Source of the DNA: Escherichia coli
GTDB taxonomy: Bacteria; Pseudomonadota; Gammaproteobacteria; Enterobacterales; Enterobacteriaceae
DNA: 64,000 bases
NCBI RefSeq assembly: GCF_011045215.1
Contig: NZ_CP049201.1
Reading direction: 5' to 3' (one strand)
In this document: piece after piece, positions 1 to 12,718 of the stretch
Layout of the letters: each line of letters begins with the position of its first letter
Numbering within the stretch: position 1 is the first letter of the stretch
Notes under the pieces: model-generated
What the model was told of the DNA's origin: nothing
The model's input: only the letters and a program-made list of their open reading frames with translations
Database searches by the model: none
Program-made: the position numbers and the translations under genes

Positions 1-1
1 T

Positions 2-514
2 TTCTCTGGCGAGCTGGAAACCTTCCTGCTGATGGCGCGCGACGAGCAGGACGATCCGCTCAATCTGAAAGGTTCCTTTGCCGGGGCGATGGGCTACGGA
101 CAGTTTATGCCGTCGTCTTACAAACAATATGCGGTAGATTTCAGCGGCGACGGGCATATCAACCTGTGGGATCCGGTTGATGCGATCGGTAGCGTGGCGA
201 ATTATTTCAAAGCGCACGGCTGGGTGAAAGGCGATCAGGTCGCGGTAATGGCAAACGGTCAGGCTCCAGGCTTGCCAAATGGCTTCAAAACCAGGTACAG
301 CATTTCGCAGCTTGCCGCGGCAGGTTTAACGCCACAGCAGCCGCTGGGCAACCATCAACAAGCCAGCCTGCTGCGTCTGGATGTTGGAACAGGTTACCAG
401 TACTGGTACGGTCTGCCGAACTTCTACACCATTACCCGTTATAACCACAGTACCCATTACGCAATGGCGGTCTGGCAGTTAGGACAAGCCGTGGCGCTGG
501 CGCGCGTGCAGTAA
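2..514 (+). CDS. mltB: membrane-bound lytic murein transglycosylase B, 3' part (5' end lies outside window)
   Basis: ORF 32..514 stays open in frame to the window edge; translation contains MGYGQFMPSSY and ends ...AVWQLGQAVALARVQ; sits immediately upstream of pncC-recA as in E. coli. Confidence 0.75.
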   Translation, partial: FSGELETFLLMARDEQDDPLNLKGSFAGAMGYGQFMPSSYKQYAVDFSGDGHINLWDPVDAIGSVANYFKAHGWVKGDQVAVMANGQAPGLPNGFKTRYSISQLAAAGLTPQQPLGNHQQASLLRLDVGTGYQYWYGLPNFYTITRYNHSTHYAMAVWQLGQAVALARVQ

Positions 515-658
515 CTATTTGCAAGAGGGGGGCGTGAGCTTCCCTCTGGCTAATCAGCTTTTTTCTGAATCCTCCTCGTAAAATTGCAACGCCAACACCA
601 TCTTCCTGACGAAAGTGCTATCTTGTCCGGCATAAATTTTTGACTGACAGAGGTTGTG

Positions 659-1153
659 ATGACTGACAGTGAACTGATGCAGTTAAGCGAACAGGTTGGG
701 CAGGCGCTGAAAGCCCGTGGCGCAACCGTAACAACTGCTGAGTCTTGTACCGGCGGTTGGGTAGCGAAAGTGATTACCGATATTGCCGGCAGTTCCGCCT
801 GGTTTGAACGCGGATTTGTCACCTACAGTAACGAAGCCAAAGCGCAGATGATCGGCGTACGTGAAGAGACGCTGGCGCAGCATGGCGCGGTGAGTGAACC
901 CGTCGTGGTGGAAATGGCGATAGGTGCACTGAAAGCGGCTCGTGCTGATTATGCCGTGTCTATTAGTGGTATCGCCGGGCCGGATGGCGGCAGTGAAGAG
1001 AAGCCTGTCGGCACCGTCTGGTTTGCTTTTGCCACTGCCCGCGGTGAAGGCATTACCCGGCGGGAATGCTTCAGCGGCGACCGTGATGCGGTGCGCCGTC
1101 AGGCTACTGCGTATGCATTGCAGACCTTGTGGCAACAATTTCTACAAAACACT

Positions 1154-1156
<3 letters not shown>
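659..1156 (+). CDS. pncC: NMN amidohydrolase (CinA-like competence/damage-inducible protein)
   Basis: ORF 656..1156; translation MTDSELMQLSEQVGQALKARGATVTTAESCTGGW... recognised as E. coli PncC/YgaD; ATG at 659 preferred over GTG at 656. Confidence 0.9.
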
Positions 1157-2297
<1,141 letters not shown>

Positions 2298-2302
2298 TCG
2301 TT

Positions 2303-2489
2303 CGTTATTGATGATAATAGATAATGTGTGCACGGACGGTCCCCTCGCCCCTTTGGGGAGAGGGTTAGGGTGAGGGGAACAGGCCAGCACTGGCGTGAAA
2401 AATTACTCTCACCTAGATCCTCTAACGAATTGGGCCTGCGGGAACATTCTGCACACTCATTGACTATTAAATCTGTTTATCAGCAAAAC
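2303..2489. repeat. GC-rich palindromic intergenic insertion between recA stop and recA terminator (hairpin CCCCTCGCCCCTTTGGGGAGAGGG at 2341..2364; second inverted pair GGGTGAGGGG 2368..2377 / CTCTCACCTA 2407..2416)
   Basis: Inverted repeats read directly; recA-recX spacer here is 242 bp versus about 68 bp as I recall it in K-12. Confidence 0.6.
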
Positions 2490-2491
2490 CT

Positions 2492-2521
2492 GGGTCGCAT
2501 CTGCGGCCCTTTTGCTTTTTT
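2492..2521 (+). terminator. recA intrinsic terminator (GGGTCGCATCTGCGGCCC hairpin followed by TTTTGCTTTTTT)
   Basis: GC-rich stem plus T-tract immediately upstream of recX start. Confidence 0.75.
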
Positions 2522-2539
2522 AAGTTGTAAGGATATGCC

Positions 2540-3040
2540 ATGACAGAATCAACGTCCCGTCGCCCGGCATATGCTCGCCTGTTGGATCGTGCGGTACGCA
2601 TTCTGGCGGTGCGCGATCACAGTGAGCAAGAACTGCGACGTAAACTCGCGGCACCGATTATGGGCAAAAATGGCCCAGAAGAGATTGATGCTACGGCAGA
2701 AGATTACGAGCGCGTTATTGCCTGGTGCCATGAACATGGCTATCTCGATGACAGCCGATTTGTTGCGCGCTTTATCGCCAGCCGTAGCCGCAAAGGTTAT
2801 GGACCTGCGCGTATTCGCCAGGAACTGAATCAGAAAGGTATTTCCCGCGAAGCGACAGAAAAAGCGATGCGTGAATGTGACATCGACTGGTGCGCACTGG
2901 CGCGCGATCAGGCGACGCGAAAATATGGTGAACCTTTGCCAACTGTCTTTTCAGAAAAAGTTAAGATCCAGCGTTTTCTGCTCTATCGTGGCTATCTGAT
3001 GGAAGATATCCAGGATATTTGGCGAAATTTTGCCGACTGA
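2540..3040 (+). CDS. recX: RecA inhibitor RecX
   Basis: 166-aa [39 protein letters not shown]... directly downstream of recA. Confidence 0.95.
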   Translation: MTESTSRRPAYARLLDRAVRILAVRDHSEQELRRKLAAPIMGKNGPEEIDATAEDYERVIAWCHEHGYLDDSRFVARFIASRSRKGYGPARIRQELNQKGISREATEKAMRECDIDWCALARDQATRKYGEPLPTVFSEKVKIQRFLLYRGYLMEDIQDIWRNFAD

Positions 3041-3167
3041 ACGCATACGGTATTTTACTTCCCAGTCAAGAAAACTTATCTTATTCCCACTTTTCAGTTA
3101 CCAGCCCGGCGGTTAAGACACGCTGGAGCTGGTGGCGATATTTCGTTAGCTTGATTTCAGGATAATT

Positions 3168-5798
3168 ATGAGCAAGAGCACCGCTGAGATCCGTCAGGCG
3201 TTTCTCGACTTTTTCCATAGTAAGGGACATCAGGTAGTTGCCAGCAGCTCCCTGGTACCCCATAACGACCCAACTTTGTTGTTTACCAACGCCGGGATGA
3301 ACCAGTTCAAGGATGTGTTCCTTGGGCTCGACAAGCGTAATTATTCCCGCGCTACCACTTCCCAACGCTGCGTGCGTGCGGGTGGTAAACACAACGACCT
3401 GGAAAACGTCGGTTACACCGCGCGTCACCATACCTTCTTCGAAATGCTGGGCAACTTCAGCTTCGGCGACTATTTCAAACACGATGCCATTCAGTTTGCA
3501 TGGGAACTGCTGACCAGCGCAAATTGGTTTGCCCTGCCGAAAGAGCGTCTGTGGGTTACCGTCTATGAAAGCGACGACGAAGCCTACGAAATCTGGGAAA
3601 AAGAAGTCGGGATCCCGCGCGAACGTATTATTCGCATCGGCGATAACAAAGGTGCGCCATACGCATCTGACAACTTCTGGCAGATGGGTGACACTGGTCC
3701 GTGCGGCCCGTGCACCGAAATCTTCTACGATCACGGCGACCACATTTGGGGTGGCCCTCCGGGAAGTCCGGAAGAAGACGGCGACCGCTACATTGAGATC
3801 TGGAACATCGTCTTCATGCAGTTCAACCGCCAGGCCGATGGCACGATGGAACCGCTGCCGAAGCCGTCTGTAGATACCGGTATGGGTCTGGAGCGTATTG
3901 CTGCGGTGCTGCAACACGTTAACTCTAACTATGACATCGACCTGTTCCGCACGTTGATCCAGGCGGTAGCGAAAGTCACTGGCGCAACCGATCTGAGCAA
4001 TAAATCGCTGCGCGTAATCGCTGACCACATTCGTTCTTGTGCGTTCCTGATCGCGGATGGCGTAATGCCGTCCAATGAAAACCGTGGTTATGTACTGCGT
4101 CGTATCATTCGTCGCGCAGTGCGTCACGGTAATATGCTCGGCGCGAAAGAAACCTTCTTCTACAAACTGGTTGGTCCGCTGATCGACGTTATGGGCTCTG
4201 CGGGTGAAGACCTGAAACGCCAGCAGGCGCAGGTTGAGCAGGTGCTGAAGACTGAAGAAGAGCAGTTTGCTCGTACTCTGGAGCGCGGTCTGGCGTTGCT
4301 GGATGAAGAGCTGGCAAAACTTTCTGGTGATACGCTGGATGGTGAAACTGCTTTCCGTCTGTACGACACCTATGGCTTCCCGGTTGACCTGACGGCTGAT
4401 GTTTGTCGTGAGCGCAACATCAAAGTTGACGAAGCTGGTTTTGAAGCTGCAATGGAAGAGCAGCGTCGTCGCGCGCGCGAAGCCAGCGGCTTTGGTGCCG
4501 ATTACAACGCAATGATCCGTGTTGACAGTGCATCTGAATTTAAAGGCTATGACCATCTGGAACTGAACGGCAAAGTGACCGCGCTGTTTGTTGATGGTAA
4601 AGCGGTTGATGCCATCAATGCAGGCCAGGAAGCTGTGGTCGTGCTGGATCAAACGCCATTCTATGCGGAATCCGGCGGTCAGGTTGGTGATAAAGGCGAA
4701 CTGAAAGGCGCTAACTTCTCCTTCGTGGTGGAAGATACGCAGAAATACGGCCAGGCGATTGGTCACATCGGTAAACTTGCTGCGGGTTCTCTGAAAGTGG
4801 GCGACGCTGTGCAGGCTGATGTTGATGAGGCTCGTCGCGCCCGTATTCGTCTGAATCACTCCGCAACGCACCTGATGCATGCTGCGCTGCGCCAGGTTCT
4901 GGGTACTCATGTATCGCAGAAAGGTTCACTGGTTAACGACAAGGTGCTGCGCTTCGACTTCTCACACAACGAAGCGATGAAACCAGAAGAGATTCGTGCG
5001 GTCGAAGACCTGGTGAACGCACAGATTCGTCGCAATTTGCCGATCGAAACCAACATCATGGATCTCGAAGCGGCGAAAGCGAAAGGTGCGATGGCGCTGT
5101 TCGGCGAGAAGTATGATGAGCGCGTACGCGTGCTGAGCATGGGCGATTTCTCCACCGAGCTGTGTGGCGGTACTCACGCCAGCCGCACTGGTGATATTGG
5201 TCTGTTCCGCATCATCTCTGAATCGGGTACTGCTGCAGGCGTTCGTCGTATCGAAGCGGTAACCGGAGAAGGTGCTATCGCCACCGTTCATGCAGACAGC
5301 GATCGCTTAAGCGAAGTCGCGCATCTGCTGAAAGGCGATAGCAATAATCTGGCTGATAAAGTGCGCTCAGTACTGGAACGTACGCGTCAGTTAGAAAAAG
5401 AACTACAACAGCTTAAAGAACAAGCTGCCGCACAGGAGAGCGCAAATCTTTCCAGTAAGGCAATTGATGTTAATGGTGTTAAGCTGTTGGTTAGCGAGCT
5501 TAGCGGTGTTGAGCCGAAAATGTTGCGTACCATGGTTGACGATTTAAAAAATCAGCTGGGGTCGACAATTATCGTGCTGGCAACGGTAGCCGAAGGTAAG
5601 GTTTCTCTGATTGCAGGCGTATCTAAGGACGTCACAGATCGTGTGAAAGCAGGGGAACTGATTGGTATGGTCGCTCAGCAGGTGGGCGGCAAGGGTGGTG
5701 GACGTCCTGACATGGCGCAAGCCGGTGGTACGGATGCTGCGGCCTTACCTGCAGCGTTAGCCAGTGTGAAAGGCTGGGTCAGCGCGAAATTGCAATAA
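3168..5798 (+). CDS. alaS: alanine--tRNA ligase
   Basis: 876-aa [27 protein letters not shown]...; class II aaRS motifs; conserved position. Confidence 0.98.
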   Translation: MSKSTAEIRQAFLDFFHSKGHQVVASSSLVPHNDPTLLFTNAGMNQFKDVFLGLDKRNYSRATTSQRCVRAGGKHNDLENVGYTARHHTFFEMLGNFSFGDYFKHDAIQFAWELLTSANWFALPKERLWVTVYESDDEAYEIWEKEVGIPRERIIRIGDNKGAPYASDNFWQMGDTGPCGPCTEIFYDHGDHIWGGPPGSPEEDGDRYIEIWNIVFMQFNRQADGTMEPLPKPSVDTGMGLERIAAVLQHVNSNYDIDLFRTLIQAVAKVTGATDLSNKSLRVIADHIRSCAFLIADGVMPSNENRGYVLRRIIRRAVRHGNMLGAKETFFYKLVGPLIDVMGSAGEDLKRQQAQVEQVLKTEEEQFARTLERGLALLDEELAKLSGDTLDGETAFRLYDTYGFPVDLTADVCRERNIKVDEAGFEAAMEEQRRRAREASGFGADYNAMIRVDSASEFKGYDHLELNGKVTALFVDGKAVDAINAGQEAVVVLDQTPFYAESGGQVGDKGELKGANFSFVVEDTQKYGQAIGHIGKLAAGSLKVGDAVQADVDEARRARIRLNHSATHLMHAALRQVLGTHVSQKGSLVNDKVLRFDFSHNEAMKPEEIRAVEDLVNAQIRRNLPIETNIMDLEAAKAKGAMALFGEKYDERVRVLSMGDFSTELCGGTHASRTGDIGLFRIISESGTAAGVRRIEAVTGEGAIATVHADSDRLSEVAHLLKGDSNNLADKVRSVLERTRQLEKELQQLKEQAAAQESANLSSKAIDVNGVKLLVSELSGVEPKMLRTMVDDLKNQLGSTIIVLATVAEGKVSLIAGVSKDVTDRVKAGELIGMVAQQVGGKGGGRPDMAQAGGTDAAALPAALASVKGWVSAKLQ

Positions 5799-6032
5799 TA
5801 TAAGCGTCAGGCAATGCCGTGGACTCGCTTCACGGCATTCGCATTAACGCTATCGACAACGATAAAGTCAGGTTGAAGTTGTGTATATCGGCTAAACTTA
5901 GGTTTAACAGAATGTAATGCCATGACTGCTTAGATGTAATGTGTTTGTCATTGCTTACTTTTTGGCGTTATATGATGGATAATGCCGGGATACAGAGAGA
6001 CCCGACTCTTTTAATCTTTCAAGGAGCAAAGA

Positions 6033-6218
6033 ATGCTGATTCTGACTCGTCGAGTTGGTGAGACCCTCATGATTGGGGATGAGGTCACCGTGACAGTTTT
6101 AGGGGTAAAGGGCAACCAGGTACGTATTGGCGTAAATGCCCCGAAGGAAGTTTCTGTTCACCGTGAAGAGATCTACCAGCGTATCCAGGCTGAAAAATCC
6201 CAGCAGTCCAGTTACTAA
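6033..6218 (+). CDS. csrA: carbon storage regulator CsrA
   Basis: 61-aa [64 protein letters not shown]. Confidence 0.98.
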
Positions 6219-6226
6219 TCTTTCCG

Positions 6227-6252
6227 CGTCTCATCTTTATCGGTGAGACGCA
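6227..6252 (+). terminator. candidate csrA terminator hairpin (GCGTCTCA...TGAGACGC)
   Basis: Perfect 8-bp inverted repeat 9 nt after csrA stop; weak T-tract. Confidence 0.35.
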
Positions 6253-6533
6253 CCCTCAAAATTTCTCCTTCACTCTATAGTCTTTTCGCTTTACTCCCGT
6301 TCATTCAACTTAAGTCTCCATTTTTTTACATTACTGCTATCTGTCAGACCTCCGTTTTTCTGTTGATAAAACACTCTTTTTGACGTTTTTACAGACTAAT
6401 TGAGCGTGAAGTGTGCAAACGATAAAAGTGTGGGAAAAATTGTTTGACTTATAAGTCTCAGAAAGTAATATGTGCGCCACGCAGCGACGATGAGCGATAA
6501 ACAAGTTCTTCGAAGCACTCGTAAGAGGCGTGT

Positions 6534-6626
6534 GGTGAGGTGGCCGAGAGGCTGAAGGCGCTCCCCTGCTAAGGGAGTATGCGGTCAAAAGCTGCATCCG
6601 GGGTTCGAATCCCCGCCTCACCGCCA
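6534..6626 (+). tRNA. serV: tRNA-Ser (anticodon GCU)
   Basis: GGTGAGGTGGCCGAGAGGCTGAAGG...GGTTCGAATCCCCGCCTCACCGCCA with long variable arm; matches E. coli serV from memory. Confidence 0.95.
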
Positions 6627-6629
6627 TTT

Positions 6630-6706
6630 GCATCCGTAGCTCAGCTGGATAGAGTACTCGGCTACGAACCGAGCGGTCGGAGGTTCGAATCCTCCCGGAT
6701 GCACCA
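6630..6706 (+). tRNA. argV: tRNA-Arg (anticodon ACG), copy 1
   Basis: GCATCCGTAGCTCAGCTGGATAGAGTACTCGGCTACGAACCGAGCGGTCGGAGGTTCGAATCCTCCCGGATGCACCA, 77 nt. Confidence 0.95.
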
Positions 6707-6905
6707 TATTCTCCGAAATCTTCAGCAATGAAGATATCGAAGAGGTAGCGGAATTAACCGCAGGCACCAGGAAGGATAACGTTGCTTTAGCAACGGCCCG
6801 AAGGGCGAGCCGCAAGGCGAGTAATCCTCCCGGATGCACCATCTCTTACTTGATACGGCTTTAGTAGCGGTATCAAAAAATCTGCAGTAAAGTAAGTTTC
6901 CCGAT

Positions 6906-6982
6906 GCATCCGTAGCTCAGCTGGATAGAGTACTCGGCTACGAACCGAGCGGTCGGAGGTTCGAATCCTCCCGGATGCACCA
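6906..6982 (+). tRNA. argY: tRNA-Arg (anticodon ACG), copy 2
   Basis: Identical 77-nt tRNA-Arg sequence; symbol assigned by order only. Confidence 0.93.
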
Positions 6983-7181
6983 TATTCTCCGAAATCTTCA
7001 GCAATGAAGATATCGAAGAGGTAGCGGAATTAACCGCAGGCACCAGGAAGGATAACGTTGCTTTAGCAACGGCCCGAAGGGCGAGCCGCAAGGCGAGTAA
7101 TCCTCCCGGATGCACCATCTCTTACTTGATACGGCTTTAGTAGCGGTATCAAAAAATCTGCAGTAAAGTAAGTTTCCCGAT

Positions 7182-7258
7182 GCATCCGTAGCTCAGCTGG
7201 ATAGAGTACTCGGCTACGAACCGAGCGGTCGGAGGTTCGAATCCTCCCGGATGCACCA
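7182..7258 (+). tRNA. argZ: tRNA-Arg (anticodon ACG), copy 3
   Basis: Identical 77-nt tRNA-Arg sequence; symbol assigned by order only. Confidence 0.93.
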
Positions 7259-7457
7259 TATTCTCCGAAATCTTCAGCAATGAAGATATCGAAGAGGTAG
7301 CGGAATTAACCGCAGGCACCAGGAAGGATAACGTTGCTTTAGCAACGGCCCGAAGGGCGAGCCGCAAGGCGAGTAATCCTCCCGGATGCACCATCTCTTA
7401 CTTGATACGGCTTTAGTAGCGGTATCAAAAAATCTGCAGTAAAGTAAGTTTCCCGAT

Positions 7458-7534
7458 GCATCCGTAGCTCAGCTGGATAGAGTACTCGGCTACGAACCGA
7501 GCGGTCGGAGGTTCGAATCCTCCCGGATGCACCA
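7458..7534 (+). tRNA. argQ: tRNA-Arg (anticodon ACG), copy 4
   Basis: Identical 77-nt tRNA-Arg sequence; symbol assigned by order only. Confidence 0.93.
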
Positions 7535-7814
7535 TATTCTCCGAAATCTTCAGCAATGAAGATATCGAAGAGGTAGCGGAATTAACCGCAGGCACCAGGA
7601 AGGATAACGTTGCTTTAGCAACGGCCCGAAGGGCGAACGCCAGTGAGTCATCCTCCCGGATGCACCATCTTCTCCAAAAAATTTCCTTCAAAAATATCTC
7701 ATTTCTAAATAACTACTTTATCCATTTCCTGAATTTTCTTCTCCTTCGCCATCAGCGACAAAATCAAGCAATTACGCTAAAGTAGCGTCATATTTTTCGA
7801 CTTGCGAGAAGACC

Positions 7815-8381
7815 ATGTACGAGCGTTATGCAGGTTTAATTTTTGATATGGATGGCACAATCCTGGATACGGAGCCTACGCACCGTAAAGCGTGGCGCGA
7901 AGTATTAGGGCACTACGGTCTTCAGTACGATATTCAGGCGATGATTGCGCTTAATGGATCGCCCACCTGGCGTATTGCTCAGGCAATTATTGAGCTGAAT
8001 CAGGCCGATCTCGACCCGCATGCGTTAGCGCGTGAAAAAACAGAAGCAGTAAGAAGTATGCTGCTGGATAGTGTCGAGCCGCTTCCTCTTGTTGAAGTGG
8101 TGAAAAGTTGGCATGGTCGTCGCCCAATGGCTGTAGGAACGGGGAGTGAAAGCGCCATCGCTGAGGCATTGCTGGCGCACCTGGGATTACGTCGTTATTT
8201 TGACGCCGTCGTCGCTGCTGATCACGTCAAACACCATAAACCCGCGCCAGACACATTTTTGTTGTGCGCGCAGCGTATGGGCGTGCAACCGACGCAGTGT
8301 GTGGTCTTTGAAGATGCCGATTTCGGTATTCAGGCGGCCCGTGCCGCAGGCATGGACGCTGTGGATGTTCGCTTGCTGTGA
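7815..8381 (+). CDS. yqaB: HAD-family sugar phosphatase (fructose-1-phosphate phosphatase)
   Basis: 188-aa ORF with HAD motif I (IFDMDGTILDTE). Confidence 0.9.
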   Translation: MYERYAGLIFDMDGTILDTEPTHRKAWREVLGHYGLQYDIQAMIALNGSPTWRIAQAIIELNQADLDPHALAREKTEAVRSMLLDSVEPLPLVEVVKSWHGRRPMAVGTGSESAIAEALLAHLGLRRYFDAVVAADHVKHHKPAPDTFLLCAQRMGVQPTQCVVFEDADFGIQAARAAGMDAVDVRLL

Positions 8382-8806
8382 GTGAAGCGTTATCGCTTTT
8401 CTCATTGTTTGCCAGTAGTTTTCTCAGCGCTACACTATTACCCGGCAACTCCGAAGTCGTGCTGGTGGCAATGTTGCTTTCCGGGATCAGTCATCCCTGG
8501 GTTTTAGTTTTAACAGCAACAATGGGTAATAGCCTTGGAGGGTTAACTAACGTTATCCTTGGGCGTTTCTTTCCACTGCGTAAAACATCGCGCTGGCAAG
8601 AGAAAGCTACCGGCTGGCTGAAACGCTATGGTGCAGTCACGCTATTATTAAGCTGGATGCCCGTGGTTGGCGATTTACTGTGTCTGTTAGCGGGATGGAT
8701 GCGCATCTCCTGGGGGCCGGTAATCTTTTTTTTGTGCCTTGGTAAAGCGTTACGCTATGTTGCAGTTGCAGCAGCGACCGTTCAGGGCATGATGTGGTGG
8801 CACTAA
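8378..8806 (+). CDS. yqaA: DedA-like inner membrane protein
   Basis: 142-aa hydrophobic ORF overlapping yqaB stop (GTGA coupling). Confidence 0.85.
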   Translation: MSEALSLFSLFASSFLSATLLPGNSEVVLVAMLLSGISHPWVLVLTATMGNSLGGLTNVILGRFFPLRKTSRWQEKATGWLKRYGAVTLLLSWMPVVGDLLCLLAGWMRISWGPVIFFLCLGKALRYVAVAAATVQGMMWWH

Positions 8807-8851
8807 TTGTAGGCCTGCACATATGGTCACCATTACAGTTATGCTAATTAA

Positions 8852-10435
<1,584 letters not shown>

Positions 10436-10443
10436 CAGAAAAG

Positions 10444-10516
10444 AAAAAGGCCACTCGTGAGTGGCCAAAATTTCATCTCTGAATTCAGGGATGATGATAA
10501 CAAATGCGCGTCTTTC
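10444..10516 (-). ncRNA. micA: MicA (SraD) small regulatory RNA with 3' terminator hairpin GGCCACTCGTGAGTGGCC
   Basis: Reverse complement reads GAAAGACGCGCATTTGTTATCATCATCCCTGAATTCAGAGATGAAATTTTGGCCACTCACGAGTGGCCTTTTT, matching MicA; sigma-E-like -35 GAACTC / -10 TCTGA lie upstream on the minus strand (~10517..10555). Confidence 0.9.
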
Positions 10517-10584
10517 ATATACTCAGACTCGCCTGGGAAGAAAGAGTTCAGAAAATTTTTAAAAAAATTACCGGAGGTGGCTAA

Positions 10585-11100
10585 ATGCCGTTGTTAGATA
10601 GCTTCACAGTCGATCATACCCGGATGGAAGCGCCTGCAGTTCGGGTGGCGAAAACAATGAACACCCCGCATGGCGACGCAATCACCGTGTTCGATCTGCG
10701 CTTCTGCGTGCCGAACAAAGAAGTGATGCCAGAAAGAGGGATCCATACCCTGGAGCACCTGTTTGCTGGTTTTATGCGTAACCATCTTAACGGTAATGGT
10801 GTAGAGATTATCGATATCTCGCCAATGGGCTGCCGCACCGGTTTTTATATGAGTCTGATTGGTACGCCAGATGAGCAGCGTGTTGCTGATGCCTGGAAAG
10901 CGGCAATGGAAGACGTGCTGAAAGTGCAGGATCAGAATCAGATCCCGGAACTGAACGTCTACCAGTGTGGCACTTACCAGATGCACTCGTTGCAGGAAGC
11001 GCAGGATATTGCGCGTAGCATTCTGGAACGTGACGTGCGCATCAACAGCAACGAAGAACTGGCGCTGTCGAAAGAGAAGTTGCAGGAACTGCACATTTAG
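10585..11100 (+). CDS. luxS: S-ribosylhomocysteine lyase (autoinducer-2 synthase)
   Basis: 171-aa [28 protein letters not shown]... with HTLEHL metal-binding motif. Confidence 0.97.
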   Translation: MPLLDSFTVDHTRMEAPAVRVAKTMNTPHGDAITVFDLRFCVPNKEVMPERGIHTLEHLFAGFMRNHLNGNGVEIIDISPMGCRTGFYMSLIGTPDEQRVADAWKAAMEDVLKVQDQNQIPELNVYQCGTYQMHSLQEAQDIARSILERDVRINSNEELALSKEKLQELHI

Positions 11101-11131
11101 TCAGTAAACTATCTTCACAATTAATTGAAAA

Positions 11132-11155
11132 AAGCCAGTTCAAATGAACTGGCTT
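11132..11155. terminator. bidirectional terminator hairpin between convergent luxS and emrB (AGCCAGTTCAAATGAACTGGCT)
   Basis: Perfect inverted repeat flanked by A/T runs on both sides. Confidence 0.6.
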
Positions 11156-11163
11156 AGTTGTAC

Positions 11164-12702
11164 TTAGTGCGCACCGCCTCCGCCGCCACCTGCGCCAAAT
11201 GGCGGTTTAGCAAACCACACCAGCCCCAGCAGGACGAGGAATATCCCGGCTGACATCCAGAAGATCTCATTGGCGGAAATAATCAGCCCCTGGTTAGTGA
11301 TCTGCTGGGCAATCCAGCCGGAGGCCTGCTGTTGCGTCATCCCAAGCCCTTCCAGTTGACTGTACATCGCCTGGGCATTCGGGTTGAACGGGTTTACCGA
11401 CTCAGTCAACTGCGCATGGTGCATCGACTCACGGTTAGTCCACATGGTCGTGGTTATCGATGTGCCGATAGACCCCGCCAGCGTACGCGTAAAGTTGGAG
11501 AGGCTCGATGCCGCCGCCAGTCGTTCCGGTGGCAAACCAGACAGCGTAATGGTGGTCAGCGGCATAAAGAAGCAGGCCACCGCAAACCCCTGGATAAACT
11601 GCGGCCAGGCCGACGCGCCAAAATCCATGCCCGGTTCAAAGGTATAGGCACGCCAGTAGAAGCAGACGGCATACATAATAAAGCTGAAGGTTACCAGCCG
11701 CCGCATATCCAGTTTATGCGCGAAGCGGCCGATAATCGGCGACAGGATCACCGGAATAATCCCTACCGGCGCAGAGGCCAGACCTGCCCACGTTGCCGTG
11801 TAACCGTAGACCTCCTGCAACAACTGCGGCAGCAGAACAATAGCGCCGAAGTAGAGCATATACGCGAGGCTGATACACAAGCAGCCGATGGTGAAGTTGC
11901 GCGACTTAAACAACGACAGATCGACTATCGGGTTATCGTCGGTCAGCTCCCAGACGATCAGGAAGCAGATAGCCACCACCGCCACCACGGTAAGGATGAT
12001 AATTTCCTGTGATGAAAACCAGTCCAGCTCTTTACCGCGGTCGAGCATAATCTGCAGGCTGCCGATACCAATAACCAGCAGTGCCAGCCCCACGGCATCA
12101 ATCCGCCGCCGTTCGGTGCGGGTTTCGCGTCCACGCAGAGTTTGCAGTGTCATCAACACCACCGCCACGCCAATCGGCACGTTGATGAAGAATATCCAGC
12201 CCCAGTGGTAATTATCGCTGATATACCCGCCGAGGATTGGGCCGCAAATTGGCGCGACAATCACCGTCATCGACCACAACGCCAGCGCGATCGAGCGTTT
12301 GGCTGGCGGGTAATTATTCAGCAATAGACTTTGCGAAAGCGGGATCAACGGCCCGGCGACAATCCCCTGAATCACGCGGAAGAAGATCAGCATATTCAGG
12401 CTGCTGGAGACACCACACGCCCACGACGCAATAGCAAAGGCGATGGTTGACCAGAGGAACAGTTTCACTTCCCCGACGCGCTTTGCCAGCCAGCCGGTAA
12501 GCGGGATCGAGATGGCATTCGCCACCCCGAAAGAAGTGATTACCCACGTTCCCTGGCTGAGCGATGAGCCCAGATTCCCGGCGATAGTGGGGATCGCCAC
12601 GTTAGCAATGGTGGAGTCCAGCACCTGCATGAATGTCGCCAGTGACAGCGCAATCGTCATAATGACCAGTTGCGCGCCTTCCAGCGGTTTTTGCTGTTGC
12701 AT
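11164..12702 (-). CDS. emrB: multidrug efflux MFS permease EmrB
   Basis: ORF 11164..12711; EmrB begins MQQQKPLEGAQLVIMTIALSLATFMQVLDSTIANVAIP; 14-TMS MFS. Confidence 0.95.
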   Translation of the reverse strand: MQQQKPLEGAQLVIMTIALSLATFMQVLDSTIANVAIPTIAGNLGSSLSQGTWVITSFGVANAISIPLTGWLAKRVGEVKLFLWSTIAFAIASWACGVSSSLNMLIFFRVIQGIVAGPLIPLSQSLLLNNYPPAKRSIALALWSMTVIVAPICGPILGGYISDNYHWGWIFFINVPIGVAVVLMTLQTLRGRETRTERRRIDAVGLALLVIGIGSLQIMLDRGKELDWFSSQEIIILTVVAVVAICFLIVWELTDDNPIVDLSLFKSRNFTIGCLCISLAYMLYFGAIVLLPQLLQEVYGYTATWAGLASAPVGIIPVILSPIIGRFAHKLDMRRLVTFSFIMYAVCFYWRAYTFEPGMDFGASAWPQFIQGFAVACFFMPLTTITLSGLPPERLAAASSLSNFTRTLAGSIGTSITTTMWTNRESMHHAQLTESVNPFNPNAQAMYSQLEGLGMTQQQASGWIAQQITNQGLIISANEIFWMSAGIFLVLLGLVWFAKPPFGAGGGGGGAH

Positions 12703-12718
12703 CACACGCACCTCTGGA

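Larger units (their letters stand above)
6630..7690 (+). repeat. tandem 276-bp repeat units (tRNA-Arg plus 199-bp spacer), four copies; spacers contain a tRNA 3'-end-like fragment (GTAATCCTCCCGGATGCACCA)
   Basis: Exact periodicity 6630/6906/7182/7458; spacer sequences near-identical; last spacer diverges. Confidence 0.9.

Noticed and set aside
2328-2543. 71-aa ORF in the recA-recX spacer
   Set aside because: Falls inside the palindromic insertion and recA terminator; Arg/Gly-rich translation of GC-rich repeats, no RBS.
3081-4910. 609-aa minus-strand ORF
   Set aside because: Lies entirely antisense to alaS; a long open frame from codon bias, with no RBS or motif support.
6630-7690. Possible CRISPR array (regular repeats with spacers)
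   Set aside because: The repeat unit is a 77-nt tRNA with near-identical 199-bp spacers; spacers are not unique and there are no cas genes.
6618-7691. Four minus-strand ORFs (74-88 aa, MVHPGGLLALRLALRAVAKATLSF...) with near-identical sequences
   Set aside because: They are the antisense reading of the tandem tRNA-Arg units and spacers; an artefact of the repeat, not paralogous genes.
11332-12012. 226-aa plus-strand ORF
   Set aside because: Antisense within emrB; Arg-rich low-complexity translation typical of spurious GC-rich antisense frames.
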